A stretch of 53,084 nucleotides of DNA from Phycisphaerae bacterium. Its GTDB lineage: Bacteria; Planctomycetota; Phycisphaerae; UBA1845; UTPLA1. The notes under the pieces are model-generated. The model worked only from the letters and a program-made list of their open reading frames with translations, had not been told where the DNA came from and did not search any database. The first letter of the stretch is position 1; each line of letters opens with the position of its first letter. A program made the position numbers and the translations under genes. The stretch is from contig JAUVGW010000001.1 in assembly GCA_030593565.1 (NCBI GenBank), forward strand, positions 1 to 53,084. Reading direction: 5' to 3'. Positions 1-8,857 of the stretch are shown here, in pieces.

Positions 1-371
1 GTTGCGGCGACTGGGATTCTCTTACCTGTGTCCGCGCCTGGCCCACGAGAAATCGGATCCCAAGGCCCAGGCGGCTTTCAAAAAAAATCCCCGAAAACAT
101 TGGAGAAAATCGCCGGCAAACACCCCGAGCGGCGAATAGAAGTGTACTTCCAGGATGAAGCCCGATTCGGTCAGCAAGGCACGCTAACGCGTGGCTGGGC
201 ACGTCGGGCGAGCGGTTCACGGCGGTACGTCAGACGCGATACGATTGGCTCTATGTCATCGGAACCGCTTGCTGTGAAGGCGGTGCACCGTGTTCACAGA
301 ACACGGCTCTGTCCTGCAACCCGGACACTATCAAATCGGTCTGCAAGGCCCTTTACACTCTAGCGCAGTAA
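1..371 (+). pseudogene. IS630-family DDE transposase fragment, truncated by the window edge and frameshifted
   Basis: Three frames must be spliced: LRRLGFSY..KSDPKAQAAFKKN (frame 2), KTLEKIAGKHPERRIEVYFQDEARFGQQGTLTRGWARR (frame 1), GERFTAVRQTRYDWLYVIGTA (frame 3, stop 369-371). The shifts lie at an A8 tract (80-87) and near 205-210. The pattern resembles IS630/Tc1 transposases. The distal catalytic part is absent. Confidence 0.6.
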
Positions 372-966
372 CTTTGTGCGCCTGGTATCAGACGCCGAAT
401 CAGCCCCGTAGCACGATTCCCAACCCGCGCCGATCCAAACCCCATTTCCTCACGTCGCATTCATTGCAGGCCATCTTTGGCCATATTGAGGTCTACCCTA
501 TAAACGGTCCACCAGTTGCAGGGTGGTTCATCGGCGCCAGACGGCGCGAGCGCCTCCCGAATAGCCGGCCTGTCTTTGTCAGGCAATGCGGCAGGTTGTG
601 CGATCAGCGCCGCCAGATCAAGCTGATCTTCTGGCGCCAACGCGGTGCAGGATGTGGCGGATTCGGAAGTGGCGATAACCGTTGTACGCTCCGTGGGATT
701 CGGTTTCGACTCGGACCGTCTCTTTGCGTCTCGGTATGGCGCACTCGGTCAGTCGCCTCATTCGTAAGTGTTCCTGTCGTCTCGATTTGTCTTGGAGACC
801 GGAGGATTGAGTCGCGGCTTCGATTCCCGTCAGGCTCGTTTCTTCATCCCTCGTTTGACAAGGGGGGCGCTTTTGGCTTATCCTCTAATTGCGCATTCAG
901 TGCGTGACCACACAATCGGCTCCGACTTGGTCTGTCATGAAATACCTGCTCGTAAGGAGGTAGCGC

Positions 967-3420
967 ATGGCGCCGCGTGCATTTCTACTGACAACCACCG
1001 TCGTACTGGCACTTGCGGCTGTGAGTCGCTCGCAGGCACAGGAGTCCCATCAGGCTGGGGCACGAGCCGCATCGCCGAAGCAGGCGGTGTCCGCTCACGC
1101 GCCACAGCGATGGGAACACAGGGAAACACCCCGGAATCCGTACGTCCACGTTCCCTGGGGGGCACGGCTCACGACACCATCTCCCCCGCGTGTCCGCAAT
1201 GGGTATGTCAGCTATCAAGTAAACGTCGATCCCGCGGGTGACAACATCCTGTTGGATGCCGCAAACGAACCCTCGATCGCGGTTCACCCGACCTTGCCGG
1301 AATACATGGCCATTGGCTGGCGCCAATTCGACGATGTTACCAGCGACTTCCGACAGGCCGGCTGGGGCCATACCTGGGACGGTGGGACGAGGTGGGAGTT
1401 TCCCGGCGTCATCGAGCCGGGGGTCTTCCGCTCCGACCCGGTGTTGGCCTCGTACACGTCAGGCAACTTTTACTATCACAGCCTCAGTTCAGCCGAGACC
1501 GCGGGAGGGGGGCGGGAGTACTGGTGTCACATCTTCAGGTCCACCGACCGCGGAGCAAGTTGGGAGGACGGCATCTACGCCCGGGGCGGCGACAAACAAT
1601 GGATGACCATTGATCACACGTACGGCATCGGGCGAAACAACATCTACGTGTATTGGACGTCGTGGGCGTCTTCCTGCGCACCGGGACAGTTCACGCGTTC
1701 GTACGACGGCGGGGTAACGTGGGCCGAATGCGTAGAATTACCCGACCACCCTTACTGGGGAACCCTGGCCGTCGGGCCCGATGGTGAACTGTATATCATC
1801 GGCAACAGCTCCCCGAGTTGGCCTCCGGACAGCATGCTCCTCACGAAGTCCAGCACGGTGCAGGATGAGACCTTGCCCGTGGCGTTCGATTTCAGTACGG
1901 ATGTGAACCTTGATGGAAGGTTGAGTTTGGGCGGCCCCAACCCCGGCGGCCTGCTTGGCCAAGCCTGGGTCGCGGTCGACCACACCGACAGCGATGCACG
2001 GGGGAATGTGTACGCGCTGGCCTCCGTGAGGAGGGAATCGACGACGGACCCGCTCGACGTGATGTTCGCTCGGAGCATCGATGGTGGCGAAACGTGGAGC
2101 GATCCCGTGCGGATCAACGACGACCCCGAGGACAACGAGGCCTTTCAGTGGTTCGGCACAATGGCGGTTGCCCCTAATGGCCGGATCGACGTCGTCTGGA
2201 ACGATACGCGGAACGCTCCTACGCAGTCGTACGCCACCGAGCTCTACTACGCGACTTCCGCCGACGGTGGCCAGACCTGGTCGGACAACATCGTGCTCAC
2301 CGATCCGTTTGATCCTCACGTGGGCTGGCCCGGCACGCCCCCGCAGCAGAAGCTCGGCGACTACAACGACATGGTCTCCGACGACTCGGGTGCGTGCGTG
2401 GCGTACGCCGCCACGTTCAACAATGAACAGGACATCTACTTCCTGCGGATTCCCGCGCCATTCCTGCTCGGCATCCCGGAAGACGTACCGCCTTATTGGA
2501 TGTTCGAACCCTTCGAGCTCTTCTACATTCGCATCCGCATTCTCCCGGGAGCCGACAGCTACATCGCCGGCTCGGGCATGATCCACTACCGCTACCATGA
2601 GGGTCCATTCCAGACATTGCCGCTGGAGCAGCCGTTGCGGGCGGGAGGTGGTCTCTACGAAGCCACGCTGCCGGCGCCAACCTGTGACGCCAAGCCGGAG
2701 TTCTATTTCAGCGCGAAGGGTAAGGCCAGCGGCGTCGTCTACTACCCACCCGGCGCCCCGGAACAGTACTTCACGGCCCGCGTGGAAGATCCGCTCGACT
2801 ACGACAAGGATGGGATCGGTAACGCCTGTGACAACTGCGTCACGACGCCGAATAAGGATCAGACCGATACCGACGGAGACGGTGTCGGCGACGAATGTGA
2901 TGGCTGCCCCGACGATCTGAACAAGATCGATCCAGGCTTCTGCGGGTGCGATACACCGGATACGGATGCCGACGCGGACGGCGTACCGGACTGCAAAGAC
3001 AATTGTCCGAACGATTCCCACAAGCTCGATCCAGGTGCCTGTGGTTGTGGAGTCTCGGATGATGACAGCGATGGCGACAGTGTGCCGGATTGCCTTGACA
3101 AATGCCCTGAAGATCCGGCCAAGCTCGATCCCGGACTTTGTGGCTGTGGCGTACCGGACATTGACACAGATGATGACGCGGTCCTGGACTGCGAAGATAA
3201 CTGCCCCGAAGCGCCGAACCCGGATCAGATCGACTCCGACGGCGACGGGACCGGCGATGCCTGCACGCCGCCTCCCGCCGGTCTGCCGGGACCGTGCGGT
3301 GTGTGTGGCGGGGGCACGGCGACGATGATGCCACTGACGTTGCTGGGCATCGTTTGGATGCGACGCAGGAAGCCAAGTCCGAGACGGCAGGACCGTTGCC
3401 GGTCAATCCCCGTATCTTGA
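967..3420 (+). CDS. Secreted BNR/Asp-box (sialidase-fold) protein with thrombospondin type-3 Ca-binding repeats and a C-terminal Cys/Gly-rich, TM, basic tail
   Basis: AAGGAGG lies 7 nt upstream of the ATG and there is an N-terminal signal-like segment (LLTTTVVLALAAVSRSQA). Four SxDxGxTW boxes are present (STDRGASW, SYDGGVTW, SIDGGETW, SADGGQTW). DxDxDGxxDxCD and KLDPGxCGCG repeats follow. The protein ends ..CGVCGGGTATMMPLTLLGIVWMRRRK.. Confidence 0.85.
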   Translation: MAPRAFLLTTTVVLALAAVSRSQAQESHQAGARAASPKQAVSAHAPQRWEHRETPRNPYVHVPWGARLTTPSPPRVRNGYVSYQVNVDPAGDNILLDAANEPSIAVHPTLPEYMAIGWRQFDDVTSDFRQAGWGHTWDGGTRWEFPGVIEPGVFRSDPVLASYTSGNFYYHSLSSAETAGGGREYWCHIFRSTDRGASWEDGIYARGGDKQWMTIDHTYGIGRNNIYVYWTSWASSCAPGQFTRSYDGGVTWAECVELPDHPYWGTLAVGPDGELYIIGNSSPSWPPDSMLLTKSSTVQDETLPVAFDFSTDVNLDGRLSLGGPNPGGLLGQAWVAVDHTDSDARGNVYALASVRRESTTDPLDVMFARSIDGGETWSDPVRINDDPEDNEAFQWFGTMAVAPNGRIDVVWNDTRNAPTQSYATELYYATSADGGQTWSDNIVLTDPFDPHVGWPGTPPQQKLGDYNDMVSDDSGACVAYAATFNNEQDIYFLRIPAPFLLGIPEDVPPYWMFEPFELFYIRIRILPGADSYIAGSGMIHYRYHEGPFQTLPLEQPLRAGGGLYEATLPAPTCDAKPEFYFSAKGKASGVVYYPPGAPEQYFTARVEDPLDYDKDGIGNACDNCVTTPNKDQTDTDGDGVGDECDGCPDDLNKIDPGFCGCDTPDTDADADGVPDCKDNCPNDSHKLDPGACGCGVSDDDSDGDSVPDCLDKCPEDPAKLDPGLCGCGVPDIDTDDDAVLDCEDNCPEAPNPDQIDSDGDGTGDACTPPPAGLPGPCGVCGGGTATMMPLTLLGIVWMRRRKPSPRRQDRCRSIPVS

Positions 3421-3474
3421 CCAGCCTTTCGATGGCCTTGCGGACCCGATCTGCATCAGCTCGGTCACGGTGAT

Positions 3475-3830
3475 TCAGAGTAGATTGGTCAGCACCTTGG
3501 TGGGTGAACAGAACTCAAGTGTCTTGTCGTCCACGTTAAAGTGGAATCCCGTGAAAGCCCGGGCGTCCCCGTCAAACAACGTAGGCGACTAGCCTCGAAT
3601 GGTGCCGAGGCGGGAGGTGATGCGCTGTTGGCCATCGAGCAGGAGTTTGATGGTGTTCGGCGTAGGCCGCCATTGCTTTCGATACAGGCCGTCTGTGGGC
3701 TGCTGGGGACTACCCTAGATGTGGTCTACGAGTTGCTGAACTGTTCGCTGACGCGACCAGGCACCACAGCGGTGATTGGTGGTTGGCGGGTGGTGAGCAC
3801 GAAAGTTCCGTCAAGAGGTGTCGCGTTCCA
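3475..3830 (-). pseudogene. Decayed DUF262 (ParB-like, GmrSD N-terminal type) gene remnant
   Basis: One minus-strand frame reads ..GAWSRQRTVQQLVDHI*GSPQQPTDGLYRKQWRPTPNTIKLLLDGQQRITSRLGTIRG*SPTLFDGDARAFTGFHFNVDDKTLEF..LL*. It carries the DGQQR(I/L)T hallmark but has in-frame stops and no intact start. Confidence 0.5.
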
Positions 3831-3861
3831 CCGGCCTTGTTTTACAGTGTGATCCAGAGCC

Positions 3862-3891
3862 TCAAAAATGGTTCTTCTCCCATAATGGGGG
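3862..3891. repeat. Solo copy of the GGTTCTTCTCC terminal-repeat-like motif
   Basis: tcaaaaatGGTTCTTCTCCcataatggggg. The same core recurs at 4120-4150 (direct) and 4197-4229 (inverted). Confidence 0.6.
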
Positions 3892-4119
3892 AGCGACGGA
3901 CAGTATCAGCAGTCGACCGGTCGTTCTAAGGGGCATAATTCATTAGAAACACACCACTTATGACGACCTCGTCGCCTCCTCGCTCCGCCATCAAGACCGC
4001 CTGGATTCGATTGGAAATCGCGGGCGTCGGTCGCGACGCAGGACGAAGCTGCGGGGGTCGAGAGGACCGACGGATTACGAGCGGAGAGCTCGCTGCCCCC
4101 AAGCGTACGCAAGGAGGGG

Positions 4120-4229
4120 TCATTTTTGAGGTTCTTCTCCCAAAATGGGCAAGCTCGGACAGGCCTTTCTGCGATCTGATCACCCTTGGTTTCGGTCCCC
4201 TATGTTTGGAGAAGAACCAAATCTTAGGG
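4120..4229. repeat. About 110-bp MITE-like unit bounded by imperfect inverted GGTTCTTCTCC repeats
   Basis: Left end is GGTTCTTCTCCCAAAATGGG. The reverse complement of the right end is GGTTCTTCTCCAAACATAGGGG. Confidence 0.6.
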
Positions 4230-4432
4230 TGGTGTCAGTCGATCGCTTGATCTTGGCGGTGTTTTTCGTTTCGGTACCAATCCACGAACCGAGCCACGCC
4301 GCCTTGCATTCATCAGAATGCGTTGTGACAATGCGGATCGCAAGCGGTGGGCGTCGGTATCTCGCACCGGTGGGCACGAGTGGCGTCTGTTGTTGTGGCG
4401 AAGGATGAGGCGGGTGGCCTGAATCACAGATC

Positions 4433-5032
4433 ATGTCCGGCAAGAGGGGTGCATTGCGTGGTGTCGTGGAATCCGACGCTGAACCGGTCGTGGGAGGGAA
4501 GACCGTGACAAGGCCCGAGGAGCGGTTGGTGGCGGCGGTGACCACGCTGATTGAGAGAATGGCGGAAGCGACAACGGCACCGCAGGCGACCGGGCGCAGC
4601 GCCGCTCGATCGGAGAACACCGCAGAAGACGAGCATCGGCTCCGAGCGTTCGTGGACGACCTTCAAGATGCTGAAGCCGAGTGCGAGGCGTTGTGGCGGG
4701 AGAACGAGCGGCTCAAAACCGAGAACGCCAATCTCCTCGAGGCAAACGGGCATCTCGATCAGGCGTTTTTCCATGTCCGTCGCGAGCTTGACGATGCGCG
4801 CCGGCTGATCAATGCGATGGAATCAACGCGGGGCTGGAGGATCTTGAACGTCCCCCGTCGTATGCGCAACGCGGTCAGGCTGCGATGCCCGCAACCTGAC
4901 CAGAAGAGTGAACACATGGTGGATCGCGCCGTCGCGGATCCGCCTCGACGGGGATATGTACGAATCCACGATGGACGGCCTGGTCAACCTCTATCCGAAG
5001 CTCTCTGTGGGAGGATACCTGATCGTGGATGA
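4433..5032 (+). CDS. Hypothetical coiled-coil protein; its 3' part overlaps the TylF fragment, so it may be chimeric
   Basis: ORF with a heptad-like acidic/Leu segment (LRAFVDDLQDAEAECEALWRENERLKTENANLLEANGHL) followed by ESTRGWRILNVP. I believe that combination is seen in proteins of glycan loci, from memory only. No recognisable catalytic domain. Confidence 0.35.
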   Translation: MSGKRGALRGVVESDAEPVVGGKTVTRPEERLVAAVTTLIERMAEATTAPQATGRSAARSENTAEDEHRLRAFVDDLQDAEAECEALWRENERLKTENANLLEANGHLDQAFFHVRRELDDARRLINAMESTRGWRILNVPRRMRNAVRLRCPQPDQKSEHMVDRAVADPPRRGYVRIHDGRPGQPLSEALCGRIPDRG

Positions 5033-5147
5033 CTACGACTGCCTCTCGGCCTGCAGGCAAGCCGTGGAAGATTACCGCGGGCAACACGGCATCACCGACG
5101 AGATAAAGGAAATAGACTGGACCGGCGTGTATTGGATGCGGTCTTGA
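4908..5147 (+). pseudogene. C-terminal fragment of a TylF/macrocin-O-methyltransferase-family (class I SAM) methyltransferase
   Basis: RIRLDGDMYESTMDGLVNLYPKLSVGGYLIVDDY..CRQAVEDYRGQHGITDEIKEIDWTGVYW matches only the last roughly 70 residues of TylF-family enzymes. The SAM-binding N-terminal two thirds are missing, and the frame opens only at 4848 after a stop. Confidence 0.65.
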
Positions 5148-5184
5148 GACGATATCGCCGTGGGAAGAAGGCGACGCTTAGGGA

Positions 5185-7536
5185 TTGGTCAGTCACTCCC
5201 GGATTATCTGGAGAACCATGTTCCCCATCCGTAACCAATGGGCGCGAATCAACCTGGCCGCTCAACATCACCCTCGGGTCCTCACGATCGTCGAAGCCAT
5301 CGCCGCGTTCATTGTGGTTTCCTTCGCGGCCGTCTATCTCGGTCAGTACGTCCACGCCATGAGCACAACATCCCTCTGGACGGACGAATTATTCACCATC
5401 GCCCGGTACTCCTCGCAAGGACCGCTTGTCACCATCACGAACGGCGGTGGAAACAATCATCACTTCTTCAACCTGGTCAACTCGCTGACGCCCTGGATGG
5501 ACCAGTACAACCCGCTCAGGGCGCGTCTTTGGTCCATCACCGCCGTCATCGCCATGCAACTCATTGTGCTCGTGTTCTTCGCGAGGCGCAGGCGTTTCAT
5601 CGAAGGCGCCCTGCTCTTCCAGTTGTTGGCCGTCAACAGTCCGCTCCTCGATCTCACGCTCCAGGCTCGCGGCTACGGATTCGCCTGCTTCTTTGCTGTT
5701 TCCATAGCACTGCTGCTTGTGAGGTACTTCGAAACCCGACACCGACGTGACGTGCTGCTGATCGCACTGCTGTCATTCCTCGGTGCCTGGACCTTCCCCC
5801 CCTTCGTCATCTTCGCCGGCCCCCTGCTGCTCCTCTTGTTCCTCTGGACGAAAGACAGATGGATCTTCCTCGTCGGGAGCCTCACCGCCTTGGCGATCAT
5901 CCTCGTTCATTTGCCGGTCATGGACGAGATCACACACAACGCCGTCTCATACTCATCCAAGAGGTACAACAACTTCCCAGGCGTCCAAATGGTCTTCGCG
6001 GCCATCGGGCTCTACCTGCTGTCCGCGCTCGACGCAAGCTCCATCGCCTGGGCCCAGTTCAGCGCCGTCATGGCCGCCGCCATTCTCCCCTGGGTCGCTT
6101 GGCGCCGGCGAGACCCGCAGGGCGCACCGGCCAGGATCATCTGCCTCTCGTTCTGCGCGATGTTCTTGATCTACTTGGCGATGCGAACGCCCCCGTTACG
6201 AATGGCTTCGTTCGGCGTCGTGCCGTTGGCCGTGATGGCGACACTTCTATTCCAACGATTCTACAGACACGACCGCTTCCGCCCGATCCGCCCCATACTC
6301 TGCATCGGAATCGCGGCGCCCCTCGTCCTCCTCAGCCAGACACGCATCGCGGACTTCCACTTCGTTCCGAGAGAAAACTGGAAAGGACCGGCCGACTTTA
6401 TCACAGCGAACTTCCCCATCGGCACCAGAGTCCCGGCCGACTTCAAGACCGGCTACCTGAGCGCCTATCTCAGTGGGGAATACCCCGTCGTTCCCTATCA
6501 CCGAAAGCAATTCGTCCGAGGTGAGTCCATCTCTGTCAATTCACGTGTCGGCAAGCGCCCTGTGGGCATCGCCGACGCCGACATCGCCCGTGTGTCGTTC
6601 CCTCAGCGCAGGTGGGCCGGCGAACAGACCTTGCGATTCGCCCCGCCTGTTCACTCATACATCCGGAACCTCACCGACGCCACAGGCCGCGACCTGTCCG
6701 GAACCCTGCTTGATCGGAATATGCACACGCGCTGGCGCGCGACACTACCACAAGAAGACGGAAACGGCGCTATCCTGTTGAAGGCCTTCCTGCAACCGGG
6801 CAAGACGTATCACTCGCTGCATCTCATATGCAAGAATGACCAGGCTTTTCCGGAAACCTTGCCGCCGACACATTCGCACATCACCAAGGTCGTGATCGAA
6901 AAGCGTGAAACCGAAGACGAGCGCATCTCGAATCTCATGCTTGATCGCGATTTGAAGACAGTCTGGAAGACGAAAGGGAGACAAAGCAGGCTGCACGAGA
7001 AGATCGTGCTCCGCGCAACGTTGGATCCCGACACAAGATATCACTCCCTCCACCTTGTGTGCCCGAAAGAGGCCTGGCCGCGGAATCTCTCAGCATACCA
7101 GGTTACCGGCGACCGACGGGTCCCTATCGACGACGCCGACATTCACACACTCGGTGAGCATCTGTGCATCGGTCTCAGTGACAAGACCGTTGATGCCGTC
7201 GAATTGCACATCGCAAAAGCGCGCGGCATCAAGCAGGGTATCGCGATTAGCGAAATATGGGCCTTCAAGAGCGGAACCGTTGCCGCCATGCCGGACCATT
7301 GGCACATCACCGCCCGATGCATGATCGGAAACCGCTCGGAGCCTGTCGCGCCGAGCGACATCACAATCCATGGTGAACACGTCGGCGTCTTCCTGGGCAA
7401 CCGGGCGATCGACGCCGTCGAGATCGCCGTCAAGCCCGCCGACCCTCACGTCGCCCCGGACATTTGGTCGATTTCAATCAGCGAAGTCTGGGCATGCCCA
7501 AACCGGGGGAAGGGTGATTTACAGATCCGGCGATAG
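5185..7536 (+). CDS. GT-C fold (ArnT/PMT, GT39/GT83-like) membrane glycosyltransferase with duplicated extracytoplasmic C-terminal modules
   Basis: There are more than 10 hydrophobic segments and an LWTDELFT acidic motif in the first loop. The C-terminal roughly 330 aa contain paired repeats: LLDRNMHTRWRA..YHSLHLICK / LMLDRDLKTVWKT..YHSLHLVCP, and ..AVELHIA..ISEIWAF / ..AVEIAV..ISEVWAC. The start could be the internal Met at 5218. Confidence 0.8.
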   Translation: MVSHSRIIWRTMFPIRNQWARINLAAQHHPRVLTIVEAIAAFIVVSFAAVYLGQYVHAMSTTSLWTDELFTIARYSSQGPLVTITNGGGNNHHFFNLVNSLTPWMDQYNPLRARLWSITAVIAMQLIVLVFFARRRRFIEGALLFQLLAVNSPLLDLTLQARGYGFACFFAVSIALLLVRYFETRHRRDVLLIALLSFLGAWTFPPFVIFAGPLLLLLFLWTKDRWIFLVGSLTALAIILVHLPVMDEITHNAVSYSSKRYNNFPGVQMVFAAIGLYLLSALDASSIAWAQFSAVMAAAILPWVAWRRRDPQGAPARIICLSFCAMFLIYLAMRTPPLRMASFGVVPLAVMATLLFQRFYRHDRFRPIRPILCIGIAAPLVLLSQTRIADFHFVPRENWKGPADFITANFPIGTRVPADFKTGYLSAYLSGEYPVVPYHRKQFVRGESISVNSRVGKRPVGIADADIARVSFPQRRWAGEQTLRFAPPVHSYIRNLTDATGRDLSGTLLDRNMHTRWRATLPQEDGNGAILLKAFLQPGKTYHSLHLICKNDQAFPETLPPTHSHITKVVIEKRETEDERISNLMLDRDLKTVWKTKGRQSRLHEKIVLRATLDPDTRYHSLHLVCPKEAWPRNLSAYQVTGDRRVPIDDADIHTLGEHLCIGLSDKTVDAVELHIAKARGIKQGIAISEIWAFKSGTVAAMPDHWHITARCMIGNRSEPVAPSDITIHGEHVGVFLGNRAIDAVEIAVKPADPHVAPDIWSISISEVWACPNRGKGDLQIRR

Positions 7537-7558
7537 TCACCCGCCGCAGTAGTTTGCC

Positions 7559-8857
7559 TCAACTCGCAGTTGCTTCATCCACATCTTCTTGCCTCGATCC
7601 CGCCCTCGCGACCTGCTCGACCTGTCGGATGACTTCGGCCGTGATGTACGATTCCGGTCGGCGCGGCTTCTCCGACAGCCGCATCGCTGAATCGACCTTC
7701 AGCCCGGGTTTCTTCATAAGACCCCGCAACGCAAGGAGGATCGCCTTCATCAAACTCGGATAGTGTATGAGAATGTTGTTGTATGATTGATTCGCCAGCG
7801 GACATGCGCACTGGCGATTCCTGATACCACGACGCACATCTTGTGCTTGTTGTGAATGCCATACCTTGTCAAAGTCGTAACCCACATCCCGCAGGTTTCC
7901 CATCGGCTTGTCATATCCCAGGACACAACACGGCCACAGGTCGCCGGTCGGCGTCAGATGCACGTTGGAGATTCCCGCATAACATGGGATCACTTGCCGC
8001 TTCTCCTTGACGATCCGCGCGGCAATATCGTAGTACACAATGCGCAACGCCTCCGTCAGCCGTGTCAGGCGACCTTTCGTGCCGATGTTCTCCCAAATCT
8101 TGCGCGAAAAGCTTCGTATCAGATCGGCATACTCCTCTCCGGAGGGTGTGATCGGATCACCTATATTGTAGAACTCGGTGCGCTGCTCCGCGATTTCATT
8201 ACGGTAGCTGCCGACACGCATCGCATGGCCAATGTCTTCGATGTCCTCCAGATGCGCCTTATTCATATTGGAGATGACTGTGCCCACCTCGACGTGCAGA
8301 TTCGGAAACTCTACCGCAAGACGCTTTAGGCGAATAATCGTGTCGACCAGACGGTTCCAATTACCCTTGACACCGCGCACCTCGTCGTGCATCACCCCCA
8401 CGCCGTCATAGGACGGTTTGATCGTGAATGGAACTTCCAGTCGTAAACGTCGCATCGTCTCCATGATACGGCGCATCTGCTGTTCGATCACTTTCGGTTG
8501 GATCGCATTCGTCGGAGTATGGAGAATGCGAGGGCGCAGGTGACGACACGCCAGTTCGACGATCTCGGGCAAATCCTTCCGCAAGAACGGCTCACCGCCC
8601 GAGATGTTGAAGAAGTAGATTCGACCAATACTCCTGAAGATTTTCTCAATCTCCTCCAACGACAGCTCGTTGTGCCTCTGTTCCGGCCACCACTTGTAGA
8701 TCTGCCAGATGTTGCAGGTCCGACAGCGTGATTGACAGAGATTCGTCACCGAGAACGTCAGGGTGAGGGGGCGTCCATGGCGCTTTACACCGCCGTAGGA
8801 CAGGCGGTAGTCAACCGTTCGAGGAAACAGGCATGTTATGAAGTCCTTCACGTTCAT
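7559..8857 (-). CDS. Radical SAM protein with a C-terminal SPASM/twitch-like Cys cluster
   Basis: It has a CQSRCRTCN (CX3CX2C) motif and a GGEPFL SAM-binding motif. A C-terminal Cys set follows (CYAG..WPCCVLGY..RQCACPL). It is the last gene of the minus-strand glycan operon. Confidence 0.9.
   Translation of the reverse strand: MNVKDFITCLFPRTVDYRLSYGGVKRHGRPLTLTFSVTNLCQSRCRTCNIWQIYKWWPEQRHNELSLEEIEKIFRSIGRIYFFNISGGEPFLRKDLPEIVELACRHLRPRILHTPTNAIQPKVIEQQMRRIMETMRRLRLEVPFTIKPSYDGVGVMHDEVRGVKGNWNRLVDTIIRLKRLAVEFPNLHVEVGTVISNMNKAHLEDIEDIGHAMRVGSYRNEIAEQRTEFYNIGDPITPSGEEYADLIRSFSRKIWENIGTKGRLTRLTEALRIVYYDIAARIVKEKRQVIPCYAGISNVHLTPTGDLWPCCVLGYDKPMGNLRDVGYDFDKVWHSQQAQDVRRGIRNRQCACPLANQSYNNILIHYPSLMKAILLALRGLMKKPGLKVDSAMRLSEKPRRPESYITAEVIRQVEQVARAGSRQEDVDEATAS

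Noticed and set aside
290-907. 205-aa ORF downstream of the IS630 fragment
   Set aside because: Composition is Arg/Ser/Pro/Cys-rich and there are no motifs. It spans IS debris and the upstream region of the BNR gene, so it is probably non-coding.
1738-3021. Long antisense or out-of-frame ORFs (1738-3021 -, 12464-13678 +, 16963-18006 +, 21907-23250 +, 26717-28222 -, 28463-29524 -, 33932-34933 -, 45384-46328 +, 51926-52795 - and similar)
   Set aside because: These are shadow ORFs typical of high-GC DNA. They overlap genes with clear family signatures, their products are Arg/Pro/Gly/Ala-rich, and they have no recognisable motifs.
3285-3420. PEP-CTERM sorting signal on the BNR protein
   Set aside because: The tail has the TM-plus-basic architecture but no Pro-Glu-Pro motif. 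I describe it only as a generic tripartite CTERM-like signal.
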